A stretch of 51,312 bases of DNA from an uncultured Bacilli bacterium (GCA_944358125.1 CALVQM010000001.1:1-51312), one strand, 5' to 3'; numbered from the stretch's first letter, positions 7,943 through 17,532 are shown. The notes: a model not told the origin generated them from the sequence alone. Numbers and translations are program-made.

Positions 7943-8544
7943 AAAACATTCACCAGCTCTTCATTATTAAAATAAACTTTATCAATAACGCCATAATATT
8001 TTAAGCCATTTGATAGTTCAACAATAAATGGTAAATTAAAACCTAATTTCTTTAATATTTTTTCTTCTTGTAAAACAAGTTCTTTTTTTCCTTCCATGAT
8101 TATTTTATTTTCATGTAATACAACTAAATAATCTAATAATAAAGTTTCTTCTATATTTGTTGTATAATTAATAATTCTTTTTTTATTTAATATTAAATAC
8201 CTAATTAATCTTTCTTTAAAAGCTTTGTCTAAATAAGTTAAAACATTACAAAAGACAAATACGGTTTTAGTAGTATTTAAGCTTGCTAAAATTTTTAGTT
8301 TTAATTCATCTATTTTGGTTAAATCTTTTTTATGTATTAGTTTTTCTTCATGAAATAATTCAAAAATATCATTTGATATTTCAAAAGTTTCCATACTTCT
8401 ATCTTTGGTTATTACAATACAATTATTATTTAAATAATATATAGCATCATCAGTATAATTAAATGAAGAAGTATATAAGATAGTTGTATTAATATCATAA
8501 ATTACTTTGTTATTTACATTAAATAATTCGTTCATATACATCAC
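7933..8544 (-). CDS. degenerate ABC-ATPase-like protein (EcfA-position paralog), 203 aa
   Basis: No Walker A at all. The signature region is LTKIDELKLKILASL. Walker B is VFVFCN and the D-loop is TYLD. The C-terminal GFNLPFIVELSNGLKYYG resembles the EcfA C-terminal helix region. Confidence 0.5.
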   Translation of the reverse strand: MMYMNELFNVNNKVIYDINTTILYTSSFNYTDDAIYYLNNNCIVITKDRSMETFEISNDIFELFHEEKLIHKKDLTKIDELKLKILASLNTTKTVFVFCNVLTYLDKAFKERLIRYLILNKKRIINYTTNIEETLLLDYLVVLHENKIIMEGKKELVLQEEKILKKLGFNLPFIVELSNGLKYYGVIDKVYFNNEELVNVLWK

Positions 8545-8580
8545 TCGCTTATATAATAACAGAAAATTACTTTTTTTTAA

Positions 8581-8610
8581 AGAAAAAACTGTGTTTATGT
8601 TTACACAGTT
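8581..8610 (-). terminator. intrinsic terminator after the 500-aa surface protein gene
   Basis: Minus strand AACTGTGT-8 nt loop-ACACAGTT followed by TTTTTT. Confidence 0.7.
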
Positions 8611-8618
8611 AATTTGTA

Positions 8619-10121
8619 TTAGGAAGCTCCAACGACTTTGAATGGATTAGTTGATGTTCCTGAACCTGTTAATGAAACATCAGCACGGATATTTATGACA
8701 GGACGCACACCAGAACCAGTCCAGTCTACATTGGCTGCACCACTGCCAAGACAACCGTCCAACCACACAATGAACACGACAGCACTGCCACCAAAGTAAT
8801 GCGGTGACATGGTCCAATAATTCTGCCCTGTATATAGGTAACTTTCAGTATTAGCATTATCCCAAGTAATTCCAGTTAATATTACTTCATCACTTGTTAC
8901 TAATCCTATTGGATTTGGCAATCTTCCATTATCTTGTGATAAAATATCCACATCACTACATTGTAAACTAGCTCCTCCATTTCTTCTATCATATGCAGCA
9001 TAATAAAAGCTACTATCTGTATAATTATCTCCACTAGCTGTATTTCTGTCACTGCAAAATCCAGTTCCTGTATCTATATATTGTTCATAATGTAAATTTT
9101 TATTATTATTTTCTATATTATCATTATACCAATTATTTAAGCTTGTCATTATTGTACTAGTCCGTCCAAAGCCATGCTGTTCATCTTCTTTATAAACCAA
9201 TCCTACATAATAACGTCTATTATATGAGCTATTAAATGCACTAGTTCCAATTTGAGTTCCCATTCCTTTAGTATTAGCACTTGTCCCTTGGTAAATCATT
9301 CTAATTGACCCATCTCCATTAATCCTTATTATTCGCCAATAAAAGCCTGCAAACTCTACCCAGTTATTTGGGTTCCCTGTATAGTAATAAGTAATACCCT
9401 TGCCTCCATTTGTCCAATCGGTCGTACTATTGGTTGGAGCATTTTCACTAGCTAATATGAAACCTCCGCTTTTTAGTCCTACTGTTACTTCTTTGCTTGT
9501 ACTTGCAACATTTCCTGCTGCATCTTCTACTCTTACGGTTATAGTGTGTACACTATCTTTTTCTAATCCTTCAAACGTATAACTATTTTCTTCTGTTCTT
9601 ATTTCTTCTTCATTATCTAATTGGAAGTAGTAATAATATATTCCTATGTTATCACTAGCATTAGCTATTACAGTAATGCTATTATCTGTACCCGATGTAG
9701 ATATGGAAAGTGTTGGATTCTCATTATCCGGTATTAAATCAAAATAGAGACTACATTTTGTTCCTTTTCTATTTAAATTATAAAAGCCTAATAATCCACT
9801 TTCATAAGTAAAAGCTGCATTTTCTATTTTTTCATCATTTACTTCACAGAATGATTGTTCTTCATTTAGGGTATAGCCAAATTTAGGGGCTATATCAGTT
9901 TCTCCTGCTGGTATTGCTCCATCTTGATTAAGATACATAGCAACTATATTTAAATCAGATGGTGAGAAATTAATAGTTCCTTGTATTAAGGGAATACTCT
10001 CTGTTACTCGGTATTTAGCTTGTGTAAAATTAAGTATTAATGAACTAATTAATGATACTACTAATAATGCTATTAATATATTTCTTTTTATATGACCTCT
10101 TTTTAAAACCTCGTATTTCAT
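8619..10121 (-). CDS. membrane-anchored/secreted surface protein with Ig/Fn3-like middle and YWTMSP...GVRPVINI C-terminal module
   Basis: N-terminal TM segment (ILIALLVVSLISSLIL) followed by the conserved AKYRVTESIPLIQGTINFSP. The C-terminal motif YWTMSP...GVRPVINIRADVSLTGSGTSTNPF matches a widespread Firmicute C-terminal module (I believe DUF6273, from memory). Paralog of 49841..51184. Confidence 0.6.
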   Translation of the reverse strand: MKYEVLKRGHIKRNILIALLVVSLISSLILNFTQAKYRVTESIPLIQGTINFSPSDLNIVAMYLNQDGAIPAGETDIAPKFGYTLNEEQSFCEVNDEKIENAAFTYESGLLGFYNLNRKGTKCSLYFDLIPDNENPTLSISTSGTDNSITVIANASDNIGIYYYYFQLDNEEEIRTEENSYTFEGLEKDSVHTITVRVEDAAGNVASTSKEVTVGLKSGGFILASENAPTNSTTDWTNGGKGITYYYTGNPNNWVEFAGFYWRIIRINGDGSIRMIYQGTSANTKGMGTQIGTSAFNSSYNRRYYVGLVYKEDEQHGFGRTSTIMTSLNNWYNDNIENNNKNLHYEQYIDTGTGFCSDRNTASGDNYTDSSFYYAAYDRRNGGASLQCSDVDILSQDNGRLPNPIGLVTSDEVILTGITWDNANTESYLYTGQNYWTMSPHYFGGSAVVFIVWLDGCLGSGAANVDWTGSGVRPVINIRADVSLTGSGTSTNPFKVVGAS

Positions 10122-10260
10122 TCTTAACTCTCCTTTATGAAGTTATACTTCATTGATTTTTTTACATCTATATGATTGTATTTAATTATATTTTACATCT
10201 GTTTGGATTTAATGTCAATACAATCATTTGAATGTATGAAATTATTAGTTTGGAGGTATT

Positions 10261-10491
10261 ATGGATATAAGTAAAATTAGAGAAATTAGAGAAGATAAGG
10301 ATCTGTCTCAAAGTGATATTGCAAAGCTATTAAAGACTACTCAACAACAGTATTCTAAATATGAACTAGGAATACGTTCTATTCCATTGGAGAAACTAGA
10401 TAAACTTGCCGATTACTATGATACTTCTATTGATTATTTAGTTGGTAGAACTGATGAGAGAAAGCCTTATAAGAAAAGTATATTAAAATAA
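10261..10491 (+). CDS. XRE-family HTH transcriptional regulator, 76 aa
   Basis: HTH_3 pattern LSQSDIAKLLKTTQQQYSKYELGIRSIPLEKLDKLADYYDTSIDYLVGR. Divergent from the surface protein gene. Confidence 0.85.
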   Translation: MDISKIREIREDKDLSQSDIAKLLKTTQQQYSKYELGIRSIPLEKLDKLADYYDTSIDYLVGRTDERKPYKKSILK

Positions 10492-10527
10492 AAGATGTTA
10501 GTAATTTTTGGGTTACTAACATCTTTT
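10491..10527. terminator. bidirectional terminator between convergent XRE and AAA ATPase genes
   Basis: Perfect 13-bp stem AAGATGTTAGTAA/TTACTAACATCTT flanked by A/T runs on both sides. Confidence 0.75.
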
Positions 10528-11758
10528 AAAAATTATCTTTTAGGAGAAAATCAATTAAATTTAAATGAATAATTCCGTTTCTTGATAGATCTATTTTATC
10601 AAGAGAAATTACGTATTTTGGATAATTATCTTCCAATTTTCCTAGAGCTTCAAAATCTCTTTTTATAGCATTCTCATTACCATTTATTTCATAAGTTACT
10701 TGAATATATTTTATTGTGCCATCTTTTTTAGCTATAAAATCTATTTCACCACTTTTAGTTTTACCAATATATACTTCATAGTCTCTATTTATTAATTCAT
10801 TATAAACGATATTTTCCAAAACAATGTAGCTTTTAAATTCAGGATTATTGTTTTTTATTTGAGCTATTCCTAAATCGGTAGCATAATACTTATTTAAAGT
10901 TTTTAAAATATTTTTTCCTGCTATGTCATATCTATAAACTTTTTTTATAATTAATGCTTTACATAATGCATTAATATAATTATATAGGGTTTCATAAGAT
11001 ATTTTTTTGTTTTCATGGGAAAGGTATTTAATGAGATTTTCAGCTGAAAATTCTCTACCTGATGTTTCTAATAAATATTGAAGAATAATATCAAATAGAT
11101 AGGTATCTTTTAGTTTAAGTCTTCTTACCACATCTCTTAAAATTATAGAGTCATATACACTATGCAAATAATTTTTTATGTCTGTTTCGTCGGAAAATTC
11201 ACAGCGATTAGGAAGCCCTCCCCATTTTGCATAATCCCAAAATGTTTCTAGATTATAGCCATCTTTTTGGGTTAACAAAACATATTCTTTATAAGATAGA
11301 GGGTTAATATTAAATAACACATATCTACCAGATAATACAGTCGATAGTTCATCAGATAATAGTTTAGAATTTGATCCCGTTAAAAAGATACTAATGTTTT
11401 TTATTGATGCTCGAAGTGAATTTACAACTTTTTCAAAGGCTTCAACATTTTGAATTTCATCTAAAAATAGGTAATACATCTTATTATCTTTAATTTTAGA
11501 TTTTACATATTTATTTAATTCTTTATAATTTAATAAATCTTCAAATTCTATAAATTCAAAATTAATAAATATTATGTGTTCTTCATCAATATTATTTTTT
11601 TCTTTTAATTCATCAATTATTTGGTTTAAAATAACAGATTTCCCACACCTACGAATACCAACTAAAATTTTTACTAAATCAGAATTATAAAATCCTCTTA
11701 TCTTGGATAAATAATTTTCTCTTATAAGCATAATATCACCCTTTAGTACATTATACAC
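10526..11758 (-). CDS. AAA-family ATPase (COG1373-like: AAA_14 + DUF4143 + nuclease-like C-terminus)
   Basis: Walker A GIRRCGKS and Walker B YLFLDEIQ. The C-terminal GEIDFIAKK...IQVTYEI resembles a PD-(D/E)xK-like end, as in this widespread family. Confidence 0.7.
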   Translation of the reverse strand: MYNVLKGDIMLIRENYLSKIRGFYNSDLVKILVGIRRCGKSVILNQIIDELKEKNNIDEEHIIFINFEFIEFEDLLNYKELNKYVKSKIKDNKMYYLFLDEIQNVEAFEKVVNSLRASIKNISIFLTGSNSKLLSDELSTVLSGRYVLFNINPLSYKEYVLLTQKDGYNLETFWDYAKWGGLPNRCEFSDETDIKNYLHSVYDSIILRDVVRRLKLKDTYLFDIILQYLLETSGREFSAENLIKYLSHENKKISYETLYNYINALCKALIIKKVYRYDIAGKNILKTLNKYYATDLGIAQIKNNNPEFKSYIVLENIVYNELINRDYEVYIGKTKSGEIDFIAKKDGTIKYIQVTYEINGNENAIKRDFEALGKLEDNYPKYVISLDKIDLSRNGIIHLNLIDFLLKDNF

Positions 11759-11779
11759 TATTTTATTTGTTTTGTAAAG

Positions 11780-11840
11780 TTATTACGGTTAAGCGTAATA
11801 ACTTTTTAATTTTGAGATTTATTACGGTCTATCGTAATAA
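11780..11840. promoter_or_regulatory. twin 22-bp palindromic operators upstream of the AAA ATPase gene
   Basis: TTATTACG-N6-CGTAATAA at 11780..11801 and again at 11819..11840. The proximal copy abuts a TTTACA-17 nt-TATAAT promoter on the minus strand. Confidence 0.6.
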
Positions 11841-11848
11841 GTCTTCAA

Positions 11849-11873
11849 ATAAAAAAACTAGCTAATACTAGTT
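11849..11873 (-). terminator. intrinsic terminator of rpmE
   Basis: Minus strand AACTAG-loop-CTAGTT overlapping the stop codon, followed by TTTTTTTATTT. Confidence 0.6.
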
Positions 11874-12080
11874 CTCTTCTTTGTTTAATCCATACTTACG
11901 ATTAAATTTTTCAATATTTCCAGTTTTCTTAACTTTTCCTTGTGCTCCTGTATAGAATGGATGACATTCACTACAAATTTCAACTTGAATATTTTCTTTT
12001 GTTGAATGAGTTTTAAATGAAGCTCCACATGCACAAGTAATAGTTGCTTCTTTTACCTCTGGATGTATTCCTTTTTTCAT
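11868..12080 (-). CDS. rpmE: 50S ribosomal protein L31 (Cys-containing zinc-ribbon form)
   Basis: [19 protein letters not shown]...[10 protein letters not shown]. The start at 12080 is preceded by GGGAGGTAATT. The track ORF extends further upstream without support. Confidence 0.92.
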   Translation of the reverse strand: MKKGIHPEVKEATITCACGASFKTHSTKENIQVEICSECHPFYTGAQGKVKKTGNIEKFNRKYGLNKEEN

Positions 12081-12158
12081 AATTACCTCCCGCCATATCA
12101 AAATTTTTTGACATAGTAAATTCATTTGTCTTAAGTATTATATCATATTTTGAGCTAA

Positions 12159-12830
12159 TTACAACATTTTTTTGATTTCCTCGTAAATTGCTTTATGGCC
12201 TAAATAGTTTATGTAATAGCTTTCTTTATTTAAATAATAGTTTTTGTTCATTAATATTTTATTAATATCAATAAATAGAAAGTTGTTAGTTAGGGCAATA
12301 TCTCTTAAGCTGGCATTTATTTTTTCTATCGTTAATAAATCGTTTTTACCCCATGTATAAAGACTTATGACAATTACTTTATTATTATTTAGCATTTTAA
12401 TCATACTTAATAATTCTTCCATATCATGGAGATATTCTTCTTTAATTTCTCTTGTTATTTTAGTACTAGCTAGTTCATCCATGCCTATGGCTATAGTTAA
12501 GATATCAGCATTATTTATGGCTTGTTTTATTTCAATAGTTTTTTCTTTAATCGTTAGAGATTTATTTTCTTTTATTTCATATATTAATTCTTTTACAGTT
12601 TTTCCAGCGTTTGAAAATTCATGAGTATATTCTTTTAATTTGTGAGTGGCATCTAAATCATCTTTTAAATAATCATTAAAACTTTTACCTTCTATACCAT
12701 AAGGGGTCATTCCAATAGATAGGCCATCTCCTAATGATGTTAGAGTTAGTTCATTACTTTGAGTGAAAAAATAGATAATAACGGATAGTATACCTCCTAA
12801 TAATGCAATCGCTATTATCTTTTTCTTCAT
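12159..12830 (-). CDS. SGNH/GDSL-family hydrolase with N-terminal membrane anchor
   Basis: Block I motif SLGDGLSIG after a TM/signal segment. ATG at 12830 with GAGGTG 6 nt upstream. Confidence 0.6.
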   Translation of the reverse strand: MKKKIIAIALLGGILSVIIYFFTQSNELTLTSLGDGLSIGMTPYGIEGKSFNDYLKDDLDATHKLKEYTHEFSNAGKTVKELIYEIKENKSLTIKEKTIEIKQAINNADILTIAIGMDELASTKITREIKEEYLHDMEELLSMIKMLNNNKVIVISLYTWGKNDLLTIEKINASLRDIALTNNFLFIDINKILMNKNYYLNKESYYINYLGHKAIYEEIKKML

Positions 12831-12863
12831 AAATGTCACCTCAAAAAAATATAGTACACTATA

Positions 12864-14117
12864 CTATATTTCTCTTATTTCTATTTTAGCACCAACATTT
12901 GTTAGCTTACTTTCAATGCTTTCATATCCTCTTAATATATGTTCTACATCGTTAATAATAGTTGTTCCGGTAGCGGTAAGTCCCGCTAGGACTAAGGCTG
13001 CTCCGCCACGAAGATCGGTTGCTACAACTTCACATCCATGAAGTTTACTTGGACCAATAGTCATAGAACTCATACCTTTGACAGTTATATTAGCTCCCAT
13101 TTTATTTAATGATGGAACATGACCCATGCGGTTTTCCCAAATTGTTTCTTCAAATAAACTGGTACCGTTTGCTTGGGTTAATAAGACGCTCATTGGTTGA
13201 CCTATATCGGTTGGAAAACCAGGATAAACTAAAGTTTTAATATTTGTGGGTTTTAAATTATCTACTTTACTTATTATGATATTATCACTATTAATCGTAA
13301 TATCAGATTCCATGTCTTTTAATTTGCTAGTTAAAGCTTCTAAGTGTTTTGGAATGATATTCGTAATCTTCAGATTTTTACCTACTAAAGCACCGAGAAT
13401 TATGTATGTTCCGGCTTCAATACGGTCAGGTAAAACTGTTATATTACCACCATGTAATTTTTCTACACCAGTAATCGTTATTTCATCTGTTCCAGCACCT
13501 TCTATTTTGGCACCCATACTGATTAGAAAATCAGCTATATTTTCAATTTCAGCTTCTTTAGCAGCATTATGAATTACAGTTGTTCCTTCGGCTAGGACAC
13601 TGGCAAACATTAAGTTTACGGTGGCACCAACACTTTGGAATCTTAAATATATATCTGTTCCAATTAATTTATCGGCCTTTAAAATATATTTATTACCATC
13701 AATTGTTACATCGGCTCCTAAAGCTTTAAAACCATCAATATGAATATCTATTGGTCTAGCACCTATATTACAACCACCTGGAATGTATATTTCGACATAT
13801 TTTTCTTTGCCAAGTAATGCTCCCATAAAATAATAGGAAGCACGAAGTTTCTTGGAATGCTCTTCATCAATAATTGTATTTTTTAAATTTGTTGTATCTA
13901 TTTGTAATTTATCATTATCCAAAGTTACATCACAATTTAGTATTTCTAATATATCTATTAAAGCATCACGGTCTGATATGTTTGGTACATTATCTAGTTT
14001 TGATATCCCACTAGCTAGAATTGATGCAGGTATTAAAGCTACCGCACTATTTTTAGCACCACCTATAGGAATTTCCCCTGTTAAGATATTATTTCCCTCA
14101 ATTATCATTTGTTTCAT
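12864..14117 (-). CDS. murA: UDP-N-acetylglucosamine 1-carboxyvinyltransferase
   Basis: 417 aa with GGAKNSAVALIPA and the catalytic-loop PGGCNIGARPID. Confidence 0.93.
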   Translation of the reverse strand: MKQMIIEGNNILTGEIPIGGAKNSAVALIPASILASGISKLDNVPNISDRDALIDILEILNCDVTLDNDKLQIDTTNLKNTIIDEEHSKKLRASYYFMGALLGKEKYVEIYIPGGCNIGARPIDIHIDGFKALGADVTIDGNKYILKADKLIGTDIYLRFQSVGATVNLMFASVLAEGTTVIHNAAKEAEIENIADFLISMGAKIEGAGTDEITITGVEKLHGGNITVLPDRIEAGTYIILGALVGKNLKITNIIPKHLEALTSKLKDMESDITINSDNIIISKVDNLKPTNIKTLVYPGFPTDIGQPMSVLLTQANGTSLFEETIWENRMGHVPSLNKMGANITVKGMSSMTIGPSKLHGCEVVATDLRGGAALVLAGLTATGTTIINDVEHILRGYESIESKLTNVGAKIEIREI

Positions 14118-14326
14118 TTTAACACACCCTCACTTTTAGAAAAATATTAGTATAAGTAGGCTCTTATACTATTTTTTATGATTAATATTTATTTTGGTGC
14201 ATATTAAAGATATTTAATATTTCCCTCACAATTACTATATCTTTATATTTTTGTTTTGTCAAATATTTTTCTTTTTTTAGTGTCTAATTTGAATAAAAAT
14301 TGTAAAACTCCTCTTTATTATAGTAG

Positions 14327-14839
14327 GTGATAGGCTTGAAAAAAGTAATTGTAGTTTTATTTTTAGTTAGTTTAGCTTTTCTTTTTAGTAATCATGAGGA
14401 GGAAATTATTATTCCTAATAAGGCGATAAGATTTAGGGTAATTGCTAATAGTGATAGCGTGGAAGATCAGATGAAAAAGATGGAGATTAAGAGTGCTGTA
14501 GAAACGGAAGTATATACACTAATTAATGGGGAGGATAATATTAGCCAAGTTAGAAATATTATTGAGGATAATATGGATACTATAAAAGATATTGTAGAAG
14601 AATATAATGTTCCATATAATATTAATTATGGAAATAATTATTTTCCTAGTAAAACATATAAAGGTATAATGTATCCGGCAGGTAATTATGAGTCTTTAGT
14701 TATTACTTTGGGTGATGGGATTGGGTCTAATTTTTGGTGTGTATTATTTCCTCCTTTATGTTTGATTGATAATTCTAAGGAAGACATTAGTGACGTTGAT
14801 TATCAACTTTATGTTAAGAAGCTTCTTAAAGGGTTCTAA
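14327..14839 (+). CDS. spoIIR: stage II sporulation protein R
   Basis: IRFRVIANSDSVEDQ, YPAGNYESLVITLGDG and NFWCVLFPPLC align closely with B. subtilis SpoIIR. The real start may be the TTG at 14336, after TAGGTGAT. Confidence 0.88.
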   Translation: MIGLKKVIVVLFLVSLAFLFSNHEEEIIIPNKAIRFRVIANSDSVEDQMKKMEIKSAVETEVYTLINGEDNISQVRNIIEDNMDTIKDIVEEYNVPYNINYGNNYFPSKTYKGIMYPAGNYESLVITLGDGIGSNFWCVLFPPLCLIDNSKEDISDVDYQLYVKKLLKGF

Positions 14840-14880
14840 AATATAAATATCCTAATACAATTTGTTAGGAGGTTTTTTGT

Positions 14881-15414
14881 TTGAAGGAATTCTTTAGTAT
14901 ATTATTAATTGGAATTGCTTTATCTATGGATACTTTTTCTTTATCTTTGGGTGTTGGTATGTTTGGAGTTACAAACAAAAAAGCTCTACAACTAGCTAGT
15001 ATTGTTGGCTTGATGCATTTTGTTATGCCGCATTTAGGAATGATATTAGGAAGTAAATTAATAGAAATATTTGAGATAAAGTATGATATGTTATTAGGAT
15101 TTATTTTGATTATTATAGCATTACAGATGATTATTGATATTATTAGACATGAGGAAGAAAAGTTTAATTTATCTTTACTGGGCTGTTTTTTCTTTGCTTT
15201 TGGAGTTAGTTTAGATAGTTTTTCTTTAGGGCTTGGTCTTAAGGCTATTACTTCTAATATATATTTAGCTATGAGTGTATTTGCTCTATGTAGTTTTCTA
15301 TTTACTTATGCCGGTGTAATTGTTGGAAAATTTGCTAATAAATTATTAGGTATATATGCTAATATAATTGGAGCGATTATTTTGTTTATTTTAGGATTAT
15401 GTCATTTAATATAA
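14881..15414 (+). CDS. mntP: manganese efflux pump MntP family
   Basis: 177 aa polytopic membrane protein with the duplicated motif ALSMDTFS / GVSLDSFS. TTG start 8 nt after AGGAGG. Confidence 0.8.
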   Translation: MKEFFSILLIGIALSMDTFSLSLGVGMFGVTNKKALQLASIVGLMHFVMPHLGMILGSKLIEIFEIKYDMLLGFILIIIALQMIIDIIRHEEEKFNLSLLGCFFFAFGVSLDSFSLGLGLKAITSNIYLAMSVFALCSFLFTYAGVIVGKFANKLLGIYANIIGAIILFILGLCHLI

Positions 15415-15425
15415 AAACCCAGGAT

Positions 15426-15441
15426 TATTTCCCGGGAAATA
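15426..15441. promoter_or_regulatory. Noc-binding-site (NBS) palindrome
   Basis: TATTTCCCGGGAAATA, intergenic between convergent mntP and metG. Matches the published B. subtilis NBS ATTTCCCGGGAAAT exactly. Confidence 0.75.
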
Positions 15442-15442
15442 T

Positions 15443-16966
15443 TTATTTCGATTCAATACGATTAAATAATATTTTGGGCTCATTTAATTGTAAGTTTTCT
15501 TCAAGTTTACCAAAGTCTAATGAGTCATAACTAGTTTCTTTCGTATTTAATTCTTCTAATATCTTATTTGAAGTATCTGGTATAAATGGACTTAATAAAA
15601 TAGCACAAATACGAATACTTTCTAATAAGTTGTAAAGGACTGTTGCTAGGCGATCCTTTTTGGTTTCATCTTTTGCTAATACCCATGGAGTTGTCTCATC
15701 AATATATTTATTACAACTTCTAAGTACTTCCATAATTTCTTCGATAGCTTCATTTACTTTTAAGCCATTCATTTTTTCATCTACTACTGTCTTTAAGGAT
15801 ATAACTTTGCTAATTAACTCTTCATCTATCGCTTCTGCTACTTTCGGATTTTTAGTTAGGCCATTAAAATACTTATGAGCCATAGAAATAGTACGATTAA
15901 CTAGATTTCCTAAATTGTTAGCTAAATCACTATTTGTTCGACCGATTAAAGCTTCTTCTGAAAAATTGCCATCAGAGCCAAATGGTACTTCTCTTAAAGC
16001 ATAATATCTTACAGCATCCACACCATATGCATTAATATATTCTCTTGGATCTTTGTAATTCCCTAAACTTTTAGAAATTTTCCCACCATCTATTTTTAAC
16101 CAACCATGGCCGAAAACTTGTTTTGGTAGGGGAAGATCTAAAGCCATTAGCATACATGGCCAAATAATAACGTGAAATCTAGTTATTTCTTTTCCTACTA
16201 AATGAAGATCGGCTGGCCAATATTTTTTCATTAAAGTATCATCTTCGGGATAACCTAGGGAAGTTATATAGTTTGATAAAGCATCAATCCAGACATAAAC
16301 CACGTGTTTCGGATCAAAATCTACGGGTATTCCCCATGTAAAACTTGTTCTTGATACACATAAATCTTCTAATCCAGGCTTGATAAAATTATTTAACATT
16401 TCGTTTTTACGAGATATTGGTAAAATAAAGTCTGGGTGTTCTTCATAGTATTTAATAAGTTTATCTTGGTATTTTGATAGTTTGAAAAAGTATGCTTCTT
16501 CACTAACTAGTTTAACCTCTCTACCACAATCAGGACATTTGCCATCTTTAGCTTGGGACTCTGTCCAAAATGATTCACAAGGAATACAATACAATCCTTG
16601 ATAGGTTCCTTTATAAATATCACCTTGATTATATAGCTTTTTAAAAATTTTCTGGACACGTCTTACATGATCTTCATCAGTTGTACGAATAAAATAGTCG
16701 TAAGAAATATTTAGAGACTTCCATAGGTCTTTAGCATCCTTAATAATTTTATCGACATACTCTTTGGGTGTTACTCCAGCTTCACGAGCCTTTTTTTCGA
16801 TTTTTTCACCATGTTCATCTGTACCTGTTTGAAAATAAACATCATAACCTGTTAATCTTTTGTATCTAGCACAAGCATCGGCGATAATGGTCGTATAACA
16901 GTGACCAATATGGAAATTAGCACTTGGATAGTAAATTGGTGTTGTTACATAATATTTTTCTTTCAT
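15443..16966 (-). CDS. metG: methionine--tRNA ligase (short form)
   Basis: 507 aa with the HIGH-type motif ANFHIGHCY, KISKS, and the zinc knuckle CPDCG. Confidence 0.93.
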   Translation of the reverse strand: MKEKYYVTTPIYYPSANFHIGHCYTTIIADACARYKRLTGYDVYFQTGTDEHGEKIEKKAREAGVTPKEYVDKIIKDAKDLWKSLNISYDYFIRTTDEDHVRRVQKIFKKLYNQGDIYKGTYQGLYCIPCESFWTESQAKDGKCPDCGREVKLVSEEAYFFKLSKYQDKLIKYYEEHPDFILPISRKNEMLNNFIKPGLEDLCVSRTSFTWGIPVDFDPKHVVYVWIDALSNYITSLGYPEDDTLMKKYWPADLHLVGKEITRFHVIIWPCMLMALDLPLPKQVFGHGWLKIDGGKISKSLGNYKDPREYINAYGVDAVRYYALREVPFGSDGNFSEEALIGRTNSDLANNLGNLVNRTISMAHKYFNGLTKNPKVAEAIDEELISKVISLKTVVDEKMNGLKVNEAIEEIMEVLRSCNKYIDETTPWVLAKDETKKDRLATVLYNLLESIRICAILLSPFIPDTSNKILEELNTKETSYDSLDFGKLEENLQLNEPKILFNRIESK

Positions 16967-16984
16967 TTTCTTTTCCTCCTTTTA

Positions 16985-17192
16985 ATAAAATAAAAAATCA
17001 TAAACTAAGGACGAGTAAATACCCGTGGTACCACCTTAATTCATGATTTTATTCATGCACTTTACTTTTATAACGGTAAGTTGCCGTCTAAACTCCAGAG
17101 TCATCTTCCTCATTATCTAGTGTTTATTTTCATCAGCCATAAACTTTCTTTAAGCGTAGATAATAAGTACTCATTCCTTCAACATTTAAGAT
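16985..17192 (-). promoter_or_regulatory. T-box riboswitch leader of metG
   Basis: Promoter TTGACA(17222-17227)-17 nt-TATAAT(17199-17204). T-box sequence AATTAAGGTGGTACCACGGG (rc of 17022..17041). Long terminator helix AATCATGAATTAAGG/CCTTAGTTTATGATT followed by TTTTTTATTTT. Candidate specifier GAAG-AUG-A at 17102..17104. Confidence 0.85.
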
Positions 17193-17340
17193 ATGTTCAT
17201 TATATTATATGAAATATTTAATGTCAAGTAGAAGTTTGATTCTACAAAATGAAGTCAAAATTATTTAAAGTTTAGATAATTTAGATACACATTTAATGTA
17301 CATTTAAATTGTTTTATGTTATAATTATTATGGTGATATA

Positions 17341-17532
17341 ATGAAGAAAGCTGGTAGACCTAAAGGTAAAAATAAGAATGCAAGACTAAATATAATGATT
17401 GAAGAAAAAATTAAGAGCGAATACAAAAAAATTGCTCAAAAAAATGGAACTAACATTTCAGTTAAAACTTGTGAATTAATAGTTAAATATATAAATGAAA
17501 ACAAGGAGGCACAAAATAATGAACGTTATTGA
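17341..17532 (+). CDS. small ribbon-helix-helix-like protein, 63 aa (possible R-M controller)
   Basis: Basic N-terminus, then the beta-strand-like RLNIMI and two helices. The stop overlaps the methyltransferase ATG by 14 nt. Confidence 0.45.
   Translation: MKKAGRPKGKNKNARLNIMIEEKIKSEYKKIAQKNGTNISVKTCELIVKYINENKEAQNNERY

Noticed and set aside
14840-14880. yybP-ykoY manganese riboswitch upstream of mntP
   Set aside because: Only 41 nt separate spoIIR and mntP, which is too short for the riboswitch. No conserved motif is seen.
15421-15445. NBS palindrome between mntP and metG as the shared transcription terminator
   Set aside because: As RNA it would form only a short AU-rich stem around a CCGG loop, without a proper U-run on either side. 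It may contribute weakly but is not a convincing intrinsic terminator.
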